A stretch of DNA of 64,000 nucleotides from Caecitellus pseudoparvulus (Eukaryota; Protista; Bigyra: Bicosoecida). Positions within the stretch are counted from its first letter, which is position 1, and each line of letters begins with the position of its first letter. Location of the stretch: NCBI GenBank assembly GCA_965644315.1, contig CBFFRQ010000019.1:186001-250000 (forward strand), read 5' to 3'. Below the pieces are notes generated by a model. The model was not told the DNA's origin, searched no databases, and worked only from the letters and a program-made list of their open reading frames with translations. Of the stretch, positions 1 to 12,201 are shown piece after piece. Both the position numbers and the translations under genes were made by a program.

Positions 1-950
1 GTGTACTGGATTTCACCAAGCTCGCTTCCACATGCAGTGAGACATCGTTTAGCACGCTGGTGAAGCCTGTGGTGGCTCGGAGCCCTCCACACCTACCCGC
101 GTATGCAAACCTTTCGGCGAGTGTTTCTCGGTCAAGGGGGGGGGCTGAGACCGCTGAGTTGTTGCTTTCCATGGGCATTGCGCGATCACAGGCTTCCTTT
201 GCCTCAGGGGCGGGCTTCAAGGGCTTCCAGGTGCTGCGAGGGGAGGCGGCAGTGTACGCGTACCCCAACGCGAAGACGTCGCGATGGGACACGTGTGCCC
301 TGGAGGGGATCTTGACGGCTATGGGAGGGGGCTTACTGAATGCGCAAGCAGGGGGGGGAGGCGGCAACCGCGCTCCGCACAAGTATTTGTACGCTTTCGT
401 CGATCCGAGAGTTAGGGACAGCCAAGTGACGGAGAACAAGCATGGTGTGTTTGCATCACAGTTCCCGGCGCTTGCGACCTGGACCATGCAGAATGCTGTG
501 CATGCGCGCTTGTTGGCTGAGAGCATTTGGGCGGGCCGTGCCACATGTCCGCCCATCACGCCCGCCGAGGTGGATGGCATGGTGCGGAGGGCGGTTGCAG
601 ATGGCGAGGGGGGCGATGCAGCTGGTAGTGAGCTTTTGCAGTCCCCCTCCACACCCCATGTGGTGGCATACGAGGTCTTGCCTGCGTTCACGCCCCCAGA
701 GTCCCCCAGGCCCATGCGGGCTTTCAACCTTCGCCTGCACTGGAGCCCCGACGCATCACATCGAGCGACGCCCCCACCCGCCACCCCCGCATTTCCGAGC
801 TGTGTGTCTGCGTCTGTTAGCATGTGGAAGCGTGTGGCTCTGCACACAGGCTCAGATTCGACCGTGCTGCCAACCACACTTACCCTTACCATGCCAGCGG
901 AGCGACCCATTGAGCCGACTGCCAAACGGGCACGCTGCAACCATGCGTGA
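1..950 (+). CDS. 3'(2'),5'-bisphosphate nucleotidase / inositol monophosphatase family protein, 5'-truncated by the window edge, with a C-terminal extension
   Basis: The frame is open from position 3. SGAGFKGFQVLRGEAAVYAY...TSRWDTCALEGILTAMGG matches the BPNT1/IMPase C-terminal signature (GAGxK...WDTCA.EA.L.A.GG). Confidence 0.8.
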   Translation, partial: VLDFTKLASTCSETSFSTLVKPVVARSPPHLPAYANLSASVSRSRGGAETAELLLSMGIARSQASFASGAGFKGFQVLRGEAAVYAYPNAKTSRWDTCALEGILTAMGGGLLNAQAGGGGGNRAPHKYLYAFVDPRVRDSQVTENKHGVFASQFPALATWTMQNAVHARLLAESIWAGRATCPPITPAEVDGMVRRAVADGEGGDAAGSELLQSPSTPHVVAYEVLPAFTPPESPRPMRAFNLRLHWSPDASHRATPPPATPAFPSCVSASVSMWKRVALHTGSDSTVLPTTLTLTMPAERPIEPTAKRARCNHA

Positions 951-989
951 GGCAGCTGGGGCGTGCATTCAAGCGAGTCAGAGAGAATA

Positions 990-3900
990 TCAAGTTGACT
1001 GACTTGAAGGCATGGGAAGCTGCAGTATGCTCGCCTTCTGCAAGCGCCGCACGTGTCCCCAAACTCCAAATGAAGCCTCTGACAGCCGCTTCGGGTTGCC
1101 GCACTCGGCTTCTGCGCTGCGGGTCAAGGCGGCCTGCACAAGGGTAGGTGGCACAAACAGGCCCACCTCTGAAGCTGGCAAGTGGCCTCCCCAGATCCCC
1201 ATCGTGTGCAAGAAGACGGCACACCTAAGAGCTGGAGCCTTTGTCGAGGGAGAGCCGGCCAAGCTGTGCAGGAGCCCGAAAGCTGAGAGTTGCAGGCACC
1301 GCCGGAGCCATGTGATGTGCCCGTGTGGAGCAGCTGCTCGTCCAGACGGTGTGTTTGCGGAGGGGTGCACAACATGGTACATGCTGTGCAGCAAGCTGTG
1401 CACTGCACAAGGCACCACGTCGGCAGAGTTGCTCCAGGCTCCAAAGGTGGGTGAGTACTGCGCCCCCTTCCACCAATTGTTGTGTTCAGGGCTGCCAACA
1501 CAGACTGCCAGTAGGATCGGCAAGTGGGACCAGATATCACGAGCCGCAGAGGCACCCGCATCGTGTCCACCTCCAGCCTCACGCAATGCGGCCTGCAAAG
1601 CTGAGTCGGACAGGCAGGCTGCACCACCAGGAGCGTCAAAGCCAGGTGCTGTGCCTACAGCTGCCCTTGAAACGGCTCCGGCCTTGACAAGGTCCCCTAG
1701 CAGGATTGCAGACTTATGGACTGCTGCTCCGTTGGCAACAACCTGCGATGTGGCCGACGTCGGTGCTGGGACATGTGCAGAGGACTCGTTGCCCGCTGCA
1801 ACGCCAGCGGACGCAGCAACACTGCACCAGGTGTCCAGCGCTGGCAAATGCACTCGCCCAGAGACGCTTGCTCCGCCCCCCGGAACGACTCCTGTGTGCA
1901 CGTCTTGTCCAGGTTGCAAGAGACCCCAGGCGGTTCGAAGCACCGCAAGCCCAGCGGAAGGAGCTGCACCTCGCGCTGCCGCTTCCTGCATGCTTGCAGC
2001 CCCAACTGCCTCGCCCAGCAGACGCCTGAGTGTCAACGCGTGGCCAATGGTCACGATCAAAGACGACGCACGATGCAGTTTCACGTGCTCCATGGATCGG
2101 AGCAGTTCGTCCCAGCACTGGAAGACGGTGGGCGCTGCGGTTGCGGGGCCAGCGCCAGGTGTTGCTTGTGACAGACTGCTAGGGCCAGGGGACTCTATAC
2201 TCGCAGCCAACGCAGCCAGTGGAGTCTTCAACACTGTTAGAAGGGCCTTCAGGTCCTTGACACACTCTGCAATCACTCCCAACAAAGAAGAAGACACGAC
2301 ACGCCAGCCACGAACACCCAACAAGCTCCCCAAGTGGAGCAAGTGGTGCCTCGTCACGGGGAGGGTGGCATTGCAGAAGCGGGCACGCTTGAGGTCGCCG
2401 AAGGGGGAAGGAATGTACTCCCCGCCATTCAAGGAGCTGAAAATGATTGGAGGGGAAGTGGCGACGTTCTTGGAGGCGGCGCCAGCATCGGCACCAGGCG
2501 CCACGCCCACCACACGCTCTACAAAGTGTTTCCACTGCACAGCTACATGGGCTGCGTAAGCCTCGCCAAGGCTGCCTTCTTCAACTTCACCGCATGGAGT
2601 GCGTGGCGTTGCACCAAGTGGAAGCCCCACCGCTGCCGAGATTGCTGCAGACCGCCCGGCACTGGAACGGTCGCTTGGCCCGCGCTCCGGCTCAGAAAGC
2701 AGGGAACCTGTGCTGGAGCCGCGCTCTCCCTCCACTTCCACCAGTTCTTCCACCAAGACTGCGCGAACAAGCTCAGAGGTGTCGATGCCCATGGCGCCAA
2801 TGCTCTCCACGGCAGCAACAAGCAAGCCAACAGTTGTCGCCGATGAGGCGGGGGGGTGTATGCCAACTGCCGCGGCGCCCGAGCCTCGCCCTCCCCAATC
2901 TCCCAACGGCCCAGCAGCTGCAATGTCTACTGTGCCTCCAGCCCCTGCAGCTAGTGCGGCCGCCACCGGGGAGATGCCTGCGCCAGAGGGGGCACCCATG
3001 CCTGACGCCCTCCGCACTGTGCCGGCGAGTGCTGCTCCCGTATCAGCGATGGACATTCGGCGGCCCCCTGTAAGCGGGCCTTGGCTGCCAGCCGAAGCAC
3101 CCAAGCGAGAGAGCGCCCGAATGCCGTCTCGTAGCGCAATGGCAAGCGCAGCTCGCAGGAAGGCCGGAGCTTGCAGCTCCGTGTTGAACACTTTGAAGCT
3201 TCCGAGGGAAATCGCGCCCCGGACCAGGGCATATGCCGTGCGCCGGGCCTGAAGTAAGGAAGGCAGACCCTCTCGCCGAGCATGCCGGGCCGTGCCAAAG
3301 TCCAGTCCCTCCTGCAGCTGGGAGTCGCTTGGAGGGGTCGTATCCAGCCCGTAGCCAGGGATACTCTCTACCCCAGGAGGCACACCCATGTGGGTGGTGG
3401 CCTTCATGGTTGCAGCAGAGAAAAGCGACACGTTAGCAGTGCCAGGCCCCAACACCACGGTTCCCCGGCCGCGACCTGGCGCTGCCCGTGCCGCTTCCGC
3501 CTCAGCCTCCGCTGCAGCCAGCGTGACCCACCTTCTCAAGCTTCCCTCCAAGCTGGCTTTGCCCTCTGCAAGCCCACTCCACCTTGCCAGCGTGTGCACT
3601 GCCCAACGCATGTGCGCGGCTAGTTCGCCCATCCACTCATGCTGTACCAGCGTAGCTGCCGCGTGGCCGATGGTGGCATGTTCGCCAGATCGCACCCCGT
3701 GCGCGTTCAGGGGGGCATCAGCCAGTGCCATGACAGCGTGCACTGCAGCACCCGGCAGGGCCCCAGGCGTGGGGAGGCGGAATGTGCGACGCAGAGACTC
3801 GCGCAACACGTCCTGAAACCACCACAATTCTGCCAAGGAGCCCTGGCGAACCAGAACTTGTTCCAGCGACGGGCTGTCTGCAGCCCAAGACGCCAGCTCG

Positions 3901-5789
3901 ACAGCGTGACTGGCCAGGGCTAGAGCGGCGTCAGCCTTGGCGTTGGAGTCAGCTTTGCTCTCTGCACCTGGCCCCGTCTGGCTGACTGCCGTTGAAGTGC
4001 GCACGGTGCTGTAGTGCAGCTGCACCCGCTGCAAGAGCACTCGAGCAGAGGAGAGGGGCGACGTCTGGCTGCCAGCTCCAGAGGACGAACCTGCTGCTGC
4101 AAGGATGTCATGCAGGGCCCAGAAACTTGGCATGGGGTGCGCAGGGGCAAAGGCAGACGCGTCAATGGCGGCTAAGAGCTCCTGCAGACCGGGGCAGAGC
4201 GTCTCTCGCAGGTACTGCGCAAAGTACTGCGTAATCAGGCTCGAGTGGCGGCGAACAAGCGCAGATATGGCAGCCACCTGCCCCACCAGCACAGCCAAGT
4301 GGTCATCTTCGTACTCATCAGCGGTCCACAACTCATGCGAAGATGTGGATAGAGTGAAGACTGCCGCCGCTTTCTTTGGCCCGCGCCCAGAATGCTGCGC
4401 CAGCCACACTGCCTCGCCTCGAGCAGCCCCGAGGAAAGCCCACACTATGGGCAACTTTGGGCCCAGCAGACCTGGCGCAGAGCGCAGCAGCTCATACAGC
4501 CGCTGGCCTTCTTGCCGGAGCATGAGCCGCGCGAAAGCATGGGCCCGGCCGGCGGTCACCACAGCGGCTTTCTTGTGCTCTTTCAGGCGAGCCAGTGTGA
4601 TCTCGAAAGGGGGCTCCTTCAGTGCCGCAGTCACGCTTTGAGCTTGAGGGGACTGGGCTTCCGAGAGGTACTTCAAGTGGGCGGCCCACTCCTCATGCTG
4701 GAACAGGAAAACGTCCCTGAAGAGACAGATCAAGTAGTCAGCCTGCAACACGCTGTGTAACATGCCTGGCAGGGCGGAGCACTTGCCTTGGGACCGCACA
4801 AGGGCCACATGTGGCAAGCAAAGCAGCAGCACCACGCTCACAGCATCCCACACTCTGTGGTATTCCCCGACGGCAGCATGCTGAGCATCCACAGCCAGCG
4901 CATCCAAGGGCTTCCCCGTGCGAGCACCAATGTCACCAAGGGGGTCGAAAAGGAAGCGCCCCTTGCCGTGGAACAGCACCCGCTCCGCTGAAGTCAGCTG
5001 AAGGTACGTTGAGCAGGCACCTTGCAGGAGCAGCGTGCCCAGCGGCGCGACGTCCAGAGATGCTGCCACTGTGGCCCCTCCTGGTGCGCAAAGGTCGTTG
5101 ATGAGAGTGGCGAGGGGGGCATGAGCAGGGTCTTGCCGTTCTTGCGTTGTCCAGTGCACCACAGCGTGCAGCCCCGCCAACGCCTGCGCGTCCCCGGCCG
5201 CGCACCACCGCGCCAGGAGGTGCAACACTCTCCAGTGCAAGGCAGCCAGCTCGAGGACGTGAAGTGTGAAAGAGCGGCGCCCGCTTATCTGAGGGCATGC
5301 AGCAGTACGAAGCAAGCGTGAAGACACAGAAAAGCCGGCGCTTCGCGGGCACACACCGTCAAGTGCATGAGCTCTGTGGCCAGCTCAGCGAAGAGGGCCT
5401 TGACCTCTCCCCGGAGAGCGACGACAGACTGCAGCGTGCTCATAAAGGATGTCATTGATGGCAAGATACTGTAGTCCGCCGCCTTGAGCGCCGCCAAGTC
5501 CTTCGCATGTCCCTGCAAGGTGTGGCAGTGTGAGCAGTGTGCTGGTTGCACGCGACACACCCAGCGTTGGTCACCAGCGCACCTTCTCCAGAGCCTCTGT
5601 GTCCAAGCTCTCAGTGCAGTGTTTCTGCACAAACTTCCTGATACCAGAAATGTCGCTGCGGGTCAAGGCCTCAGGACGCCTTGAGGCGTCTTGGAGCTGT
5701 TCATAGTCGAGGTACAGGCATGTTGCCACGCCGCGAGCCTCGTCAAGCAACACCTCCACCCGCTCAGCCGTTGCTTGAGCGTCCGCCAT
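990..5789 (-). CDS. NCKAP1: Nck-associated protein 1 (NAP1/Hem), WAVE regulatory complex subunit; 3 exons
   Basis: Exon 1 reads MADAQATAERVEVLLDEARGVATCLY. Motifs LFRDVFLFQH, PGLLGPK.PIVWAFLGAARGEAVWL, EDDHLAVL...ITQYFAQYL and PGVES match NCKAP1. GT-AG introns follow ...ALEK and ...MHLT. Confidence 0.88.
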
Positions 5790-5887
5790 GTCGACCGACA
5801 CCAATTTCAGCCACGACTCCACACTCGCCAGAAACCTATGCTTTTTCAGTTGAATTGTTGGCGCACGCACAGGTTGGCGCTGGAAGC

Positions 5888-7546
5888 CTACTTGGACCCC
5901 TCGAGCAATGCGTCGACTTCTGCGAGCACATCAACGTCAGCAGAGCTCTCTGTGGAGTCAAGCGAGTCGCCATCGTCTGTTGGGGTGCTCTCCGCAGCGG
6001 CAGCCTGGGAGCCAGGTGCGCTTTCCGTGGACTGCGCGACGCCCGCCGCCTCCTCGAACGGATCAGGGCTCGCCTCAGCTGGTGGTGCAGTCGAAGCCGA
6101 GGGTGCTGGGGCAGTACTGGACGAAGCTACCCCAGCAAAGAAATCATCTTCGTCAGTTTCACCAGCCTGAGAAGCTTGCTGGGGAGAGGGTGCAGGGGCA
6201 GGCTCTGGTGCCAGCTGAGCCTGTGGAACGGCTGGGGGAGCTGCGGCTGCCGCTGCCTGCTGGCCTGCCGTGGCAGAGGAAGGTGCGGGGGGTGGAGTGG
6301 CAGTGCTCATTTCACTGGCCCACTGCCCTCCCCCGCCCTGCGTTGGCACAGGGGCTGCCGTGCTCCCCAACCCCAGCAGATCCCCGTCCCCCCCACCCTG
6401 CGGGCTGCCGGAGCTCGGGTCCTCGCCTCCGCCGACTGCGGCTGCGGGGGGTCCCGATGCCAAGTCACTGACATCGAAATTAGCCATGGTGTACCCAGCA
6501 GGAACCTCAGCCAGGCCAGATCGAACCTTGGCAGCGTTGATTACGCGCGCCACCGGCTCATTGAGTGTCAACACTTTGTCGAAGGCTTCCCCCTGAAGCA
6601 AGCCCCTTGAACCAGCCTCCAGCAGTAGAGACAGGCGAGGGTGACACTGCTCGACAAAATCCAGCAAGTCAAGGAAGGTGTCGTCGGAGAGCAAGTCGCC
6701 AACTTCCTCTCGGCTCACGGACTGCGCCAGCTCACCGACTCGTGTCTCCAACACGGACAAGTGCTGCAGGAGCGCTGTGTGTTCACCTTCAATAGAAGAT
6801 TCAGGCTGAGTGCCTTGGCTTTCTGGTCTCTGTAGGCCTGGAGGGGCTGTGGAGTGACTGGGTGTTGGGGTGGGATCAGAACCAGATGGCTGGCCTGGAA
6901 TAGGTGTGAACAGCGGCTCTACATCACGGTCGTGCTTCACTGGGAAAGACATGCCCTGCTGGGCGAGAGTTTTATAATACGTGCGGAAGATGGGCATCGA
7001 AGAGCGCAGCTGTGCTTCACACCCAAGTTGCTGCACAAGTGCCAGCGCCTGCTCTGCCACACCAGAGCCACCCTGTGCCGGAGGAAGCGCTGCGCGGTGC
7101 CGCGGCACAACCGGAGGGCGGGGCAGGACTCACTGTTGTAGCCTTGCCCGCAAGAACTTCCATGAAACTGTCACTTGCGATGGCTGCGTGGAAGTTCGTG
7201 TTTTCGTTCTTCACACAGGCTTGGAGAAGCTGCGGGGGGAGTTGGCGGGGTGCGAGGAGCGCAAGGCGCCATTGACTCGCACTCCGCACGAACCTGGAGC
7301 GAAAGGCTCTGGACATGCTCGTCGGGATTCTGGAGTCTTTCCTTGACCGCCGTGATAACGCTTCCGATGCTGCGGCAAGGGCCCAGGGAACCAGGTGGCA
7401 TCCTCGCGTTTCCCGCACGTTTCACCCTCGACGCACTTTGCCTGGCTGCCGTTGATGTGATCAATCACCTCAAACACAGCACCATAATCGATTTCGGCCG
7501 ACTCCCCCGATGTTGCCCGAGTCACAGCTTCGCTTGGGAAAGCCAT
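5888..7546 (-). CDS. TOM1-like VHS-GAT endosomal adaptor; 4 exons
   Basis: The spliced N-terminus MAFPSEAVTRATS..EIDYGAVFEVIDHIN...LLQACVKN...FHAAIAS is a VHS domain ending YKTLAQQGMSFP. GAT-like helices (LLEAGSRG..EAFDKVLTLNE) and a low-complexity tail with DLL/DDFF/DPF motifs follow. Confidence 0.85.
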
Positions 7547-8002
7547 CCTGCCTGAACGCTGAGTCAGGCAGTATGTATAGCTGGCTCACCTGGCAACACT
7601 GGGCAGCACACCACCCTGTCGCCCTAGCGCAGTCCGAAGTGGGCCGTAAACGGCGCAAGAGTTCTTGGGCTAAACCCTGGACATGAGATTCAATATGCAA
7701 GCAATACGGTTGTGGTTCATAGAGGGGCTGGCAGAGGAGGAGGCTTCCGCTTCTGACGGGCAAAGTGTGCGGCATCGCTGGCGGCTTCCATCCCGCTTCG
7801 CTCCTCATTAGACAAGGTGAAAAGCGCGGTTCAATGTGGGAAGTCATGCGGCTGCATCTCTTCTCAGCGAAATACGTAGTGCGCCCGTTGTGGCCGACAG
7901 ACCCAAGGCCCAATCACGGTGTCTGCATTGTGTGCCAACGTTCACCACCGCAAGACGACGCAAGCTTGAAGCAGCCTGCCGGGACGAGGGATGGTGTCAA
8001 CC

Positions 8003-9307
8003 TCAGTCAAACTGGTTGAGCCACTTCATGCCAAGTTCTGCGTACAACATGGCACGCGAAGCAGAGCGTGTGCCGAGGCAGACAATGCCCAGGCGACAGC
8101 GAAGACGCACCGTAGGCCACGAAAGTGACGCCGTTTGCAGGTGCTGCGCGAGCCATGCAAGGGGCCATACCACGGAAAAATCCAGCCACACCTTCCTCCG
8201 CCAGGATGACTTGGGCAGAGCGCCAAATCTGCAGTGCATGTGAAGCGAGCTGGGTGCACTTCGAGAGGCGCTGAGCGGCGGCGTGCAGGCACACGTACGT
8301 TGGGATACTTGCGCTGGCCCGTCAGTGCATCGGCCTGCATCTTGGACTTGATGACGTCGAGGGGGTAGGCCGGAATCCACATGCCGAAGCCGGCCGCGGA
8401 GCCAGCTGCAAGGTAGTGCCCCACGTGCAAGTTCTCCTCACCTTGTGCAGCGGCAAACCGGCGCTTCACGATCTCGTAGGCACCGAAGTACCCAGCGTAG
8501 CCGATGATCTCTCGCCACATAGTAGCACTTGTGCCCTGATACAGTCCTCGGAAGCCATACGTCTTAAAGATCTGCCGGAAAGCGTCAATGCTGCCGTTGT
8601 ACGCTGGACCCGCCGCCGCCGAGAAGGCTCGAGCACCGGGAGGTGTGGAGACTGCCGCGCCTGCTGTGGCGCCGGGAGGAGATGGCCCTGAACCTTGCAG
8701 CTGCATGCGGATGCGAACGTGCTCGACAGGCGAAGAGACCGTGCCGGCCGACATGCCAGCAAGGCTGCCGCAAGCAGCCACTTCGCTGACAGACAACTCC
8801 GTGCTCTGCCCAGCAGCCTTGTGGCGGGCCACCAAGGCGCGCTTTGCCGCTTCGAGCACTCCAAACTGAATGCTCACCATGAAGCCCACTCCGATTAGGG
8901 GGGATACAGTGCCTGCGGGGCGGGGCAACAGAGGAAGCGTGAGCTGGATTCAAACGCAGAACTTCTGGAGAGGCGCCGCCGCAGGCAACTGCCTGTCGTA
9001 CCCTTGTAGAAGGTGCTCAGGCCTTCCGCAGCCGTCTTGCGGACACAGTCCATAGTCCCCGTATACGTGGGGTTCGTGCGGGACTGGCACTGTAGACGGA
9101 CCTGAGCCGCGCAAGAAAGCGGATCGCAAGCAGGGTGCGGAAAATGGCCAGCGCCAAGCAGGCAGCAATGCTTCGCACTTTGACGGTGTCAAATGGCTGG
9201 GCAGCCATAACCTGGGCCCAGCCTCCAACAGTTCCAGCCATCAAGTCCTTGGCCACTGCCCAAGTCCCGCTGGGGGGCTCATTCTCGATCGCTTCGATGG
9301 CTGCCAT
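8003..9307 (-). CDS. Mitochondrial carrier (SLC25; carnitine/acylcarnitine- or Ymc-like); 5 exons
   Basis: Three carrier signatures: PFDTVKVR, PVEHVRIRMQ and PLDVIKSKMQ. The C-terminus GFFRGMAPCMARAAPANGVTFVAY-ELGMKWLNQFD is recovered after GT-AG splicing. Confidence 0.92.
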
Positions 9308-9615
9308 GCTTCGCACAGAACCACTGGTGCAGTGTTGCAGCGAGCTTCGAACAGGCAAAATTGGCGCGGAAGGGCGGTGAGAGACATAGAACAATGGTCG
9401 CAGTTCAGGCACAGTGTAGAGGGAATTTTACCCGCTCTATCGCAGCGGCTGCGGAGCACGACCACCCTGCGCAATGCAGGGTTCCACTTTCAACCAACCA
9501 TCTTGAGGAGGGCTGCACGTGCCCAGCAACGCAAGGGCCTGCATTGACCATCTTGCTGCACACGACCAGCACCATTCGTGCGACCATTTTTCGAGACACC
9601 AGTCCCCCACACCCA

Positions 9616-11079
9616 TCACTCTGCCTTCAGCTCCAAAAGGCGCACACCTCGCTCATTCAGGCGTCCGAGCATGCGCTGCATGACATCAGAATGGTTGAAT
9701 GCGCTGCCTGGCGTCAGTACACCAGTAGTGGTGGGGTCTTCAGCGGGATAAATATCACCATCCTCCCCCAGGGCCCTTGCAGCTGCCACAACCATGGATG
9801 AGGTCGCAATGTACCCTGGCTCCGGTCCCCGCAACGAAAACAGCAAGCCTGCGTTGGGATGCACCTTGGAGCCCACACCGGCATCCGACGCATTGGTGTA
9901 CCCTTTCACGCGAAAGAGGCATTCAAACGTCGTCGCTGCGAGCTGCTCAGCTGTGGGCCCTTGGTGCGAAAACACTCCAAACGAAAACAGACCCGGGTAT
10001 GCCAGGAGCAGCTGCACTCCCCATGAAACCGAAGTGAGCGCTTGGAGCACCACACCGAAGAGCATGAACAGCAGCACATGGTACCACTCGGGGACAGAAA
10101 AGTACACGGCATACTGCAGCGGAGTCTCGCGCGGCTGGAACGCAGCGAGGTGCTGTTGAGTCCTGCGAACGACTGACGCATCTGCCCCTGGGAATGGCAG
10201 CACCCACCGCCCTGCATCTGCACTGTACCGGGGACCTTTTGAACGCTGCTGCTTGGCGCCGCGGTAGGCCACCTGGGTCGGCCAGCGCTTGGCCAGCTGC
10301 TTGCGAGTAGCCCTAAGGCTGCCCACGCTGGACATGCTGTGGACGAGGCTGTGCCAAGTCCCGTAGTGCACAGCCACCCCATGCCCATTCCCTGACACGC
10401 TCCAGGTGTGCTCAACTTCAGTGGCCACACTGCCAGGGAAGCGCTTTTCAAACTCCCGTGCAGCATATCGTGAAACCACGTCGGCAGGGATGCTGTCCAT
10501 GCCACACCCATGAACAATGCGAAGCCCCTTCTCCACAGCTGCGTCATGGAACTTCAGCTGGCTCAACTCCATGAACTCAGGCTCACCGGTGATGTCCACG
10601 TAGTGGCAGCCTCCCTCGATCGCCGCCTGGACAACAGCTTCGCCAAAAAAGCGAAAGGGACCAACACAGTTGATGAGCACAGCGACTGAGCAAGTCAAAG
10701 CACGCAAGCTCTCAGCACTTGAGACATCAGCCACCATGGGAAGGACTCCTGCAATAGCTTCCGCTCCGTGTTCCTCTCGGAGCTCTGCTGTCAGGGCTGC
10801 GGCGGGGCAGAGAGACGTGAAAGACCGTGTGCGGAAACTGGTTTGCTCTCCACGAACCCTGCAGCTTCTCCTGCGAGCGCGCGGCTAAAACAACGCTCGT
10901 CCCGGCAGGCAGGACGCTCATGAGTTCATGGGCGACTCGTCGGCCGGTGAAGCCCCTGGGAAACAAGCAAGTGGCGCAGGTGGTCAAGAAACGCAGGCAG
11001 ACGTGCAGGGACTCCTGCTCGCACACACAACTCACGTCGCTCCAAAAAGACCGTACACGCTACGTCCTTCGGCTGCCAT
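9616..11079 (-). CDS. SCCPDH: Saccharopine dehydrogenase-like oxidoreductase; 3 exons
   Basis: Spliced Rossmann motif GLFGAT-GFTG, then AARSQEKL, INCVGPFRFFGE, HYVDITGE, GMDSIPAD, GPEPGYIAT and GVLTPGSAF. Confidence 0.9.
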
Positions 11080-11496
11080 GACGCGATCGTACTGTGGATT
11101 TAGACAGGATGCGAATTGCACAAAGCAAGCACGCAAGTTGATACACCGCACAGATTGTACCCTTTCACATGCATTGTCTGGGCTTGTCAGCTGGGCACAG
11201 CTCGCCACAAAGAGAACATACTCTGCAGCCTTGAGGTGCCTGCCTCGGCCCCCATAGCCGGGGAGCAAGCTCTGGCAGTGCTCCTTGCAGCAAGCCTTGC
11301 GTGCGGCCACTGGCACAAAAGCACCTGCACGCTCGCCTCCTTTCAGGCGCCGGTGGGAGTGCACGGGTCGGACAAAGCGACACGAGCACCGCCCTGAGAG
11401 CACCGTGTACTTAGTTTGCCTTGTCTGAACTTACTGCCCGTCCGAACCACGTGCCTCCCATGTGTTCCCCCACTCTCACAGAGCGCAGCCAGTACC

Positions 11497-11875
11497 TCAT
11501 CGCTCCTCGGGCCGCAGGAGCTTCAAGGTCTCGTCATCAAAGTTTCGCAGGGAGCTGCCCTTGTACACTCGGCGTTCCATGTCCCAGTCCTGTAAACAAC
11601 AGTGCCATTCTTGAGCGCGAGCGTGCAGGCGGCCAGTGTGTGCCAGGACTCACGGGGTCAGGGCCAGCGTCCTGGCTTCCTGTGTTCAAGTACATGCCCC
11701 GCTGAATTTGACTTCCAGTCAAAGGTTTCTCGCTGGTCAGCAAATTGTGGTTTTCGTTGCTCTTCCGAACAAGCAGTGGGATGGAGCCGAAGCCGCCGAC
11801 AAGGAGGACGAGGCCGACAACAGCTGGGACGTTGTTGCGCTTGCTCCCCATCGCACGGCGGTAGGCGCCACTCAT
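11497..11875 (-). CDS. Small single-pass membrane protein of unknown function (~104 aa; 2 exons)
   Basis: MSGAYRRAMGSKRNN, a TM segment (VPAVVGLVLLVGGFGSIPLLV), then KPLTGSQIQRGMYLNTGSQDAGPDP|DWDMERRVYKG...EER*. The GT-AG intron starts at 11653. The RGxYxNTGSxDxGPD motif is recalled from an uncharacterised plant/protist family. Confidence 0.75.
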
Positions 11876-12201
11876 GTTGCCCGAACGTGTGTATGAAAGA
11901 ATGAATGTGGATGGCAAAGACAGGACCGTTGTGGGGGTCTGGGATTCACTAATTTTGCACAGGATTGGGTAGTGTTGTGCGGAAATTGGTGAGAGTGATG
12001 CGCGCAATCCCCCCCCCGAGCTGACGACGAGGCCCTTGAAGGAAACCGATTCCCATCGCACACCACAGTCCTGCACAATTGATCTTGCGGTGGAACCTGG
12101 CCTGGTGACTCTTTCAAGAACCCACGCGGTATCATCACCGCAACGCCACTTGCGTCATTGCGCCAGCCAGCACGCCGGGGATCAGCTGAAGCCTGACCGA
12201 C

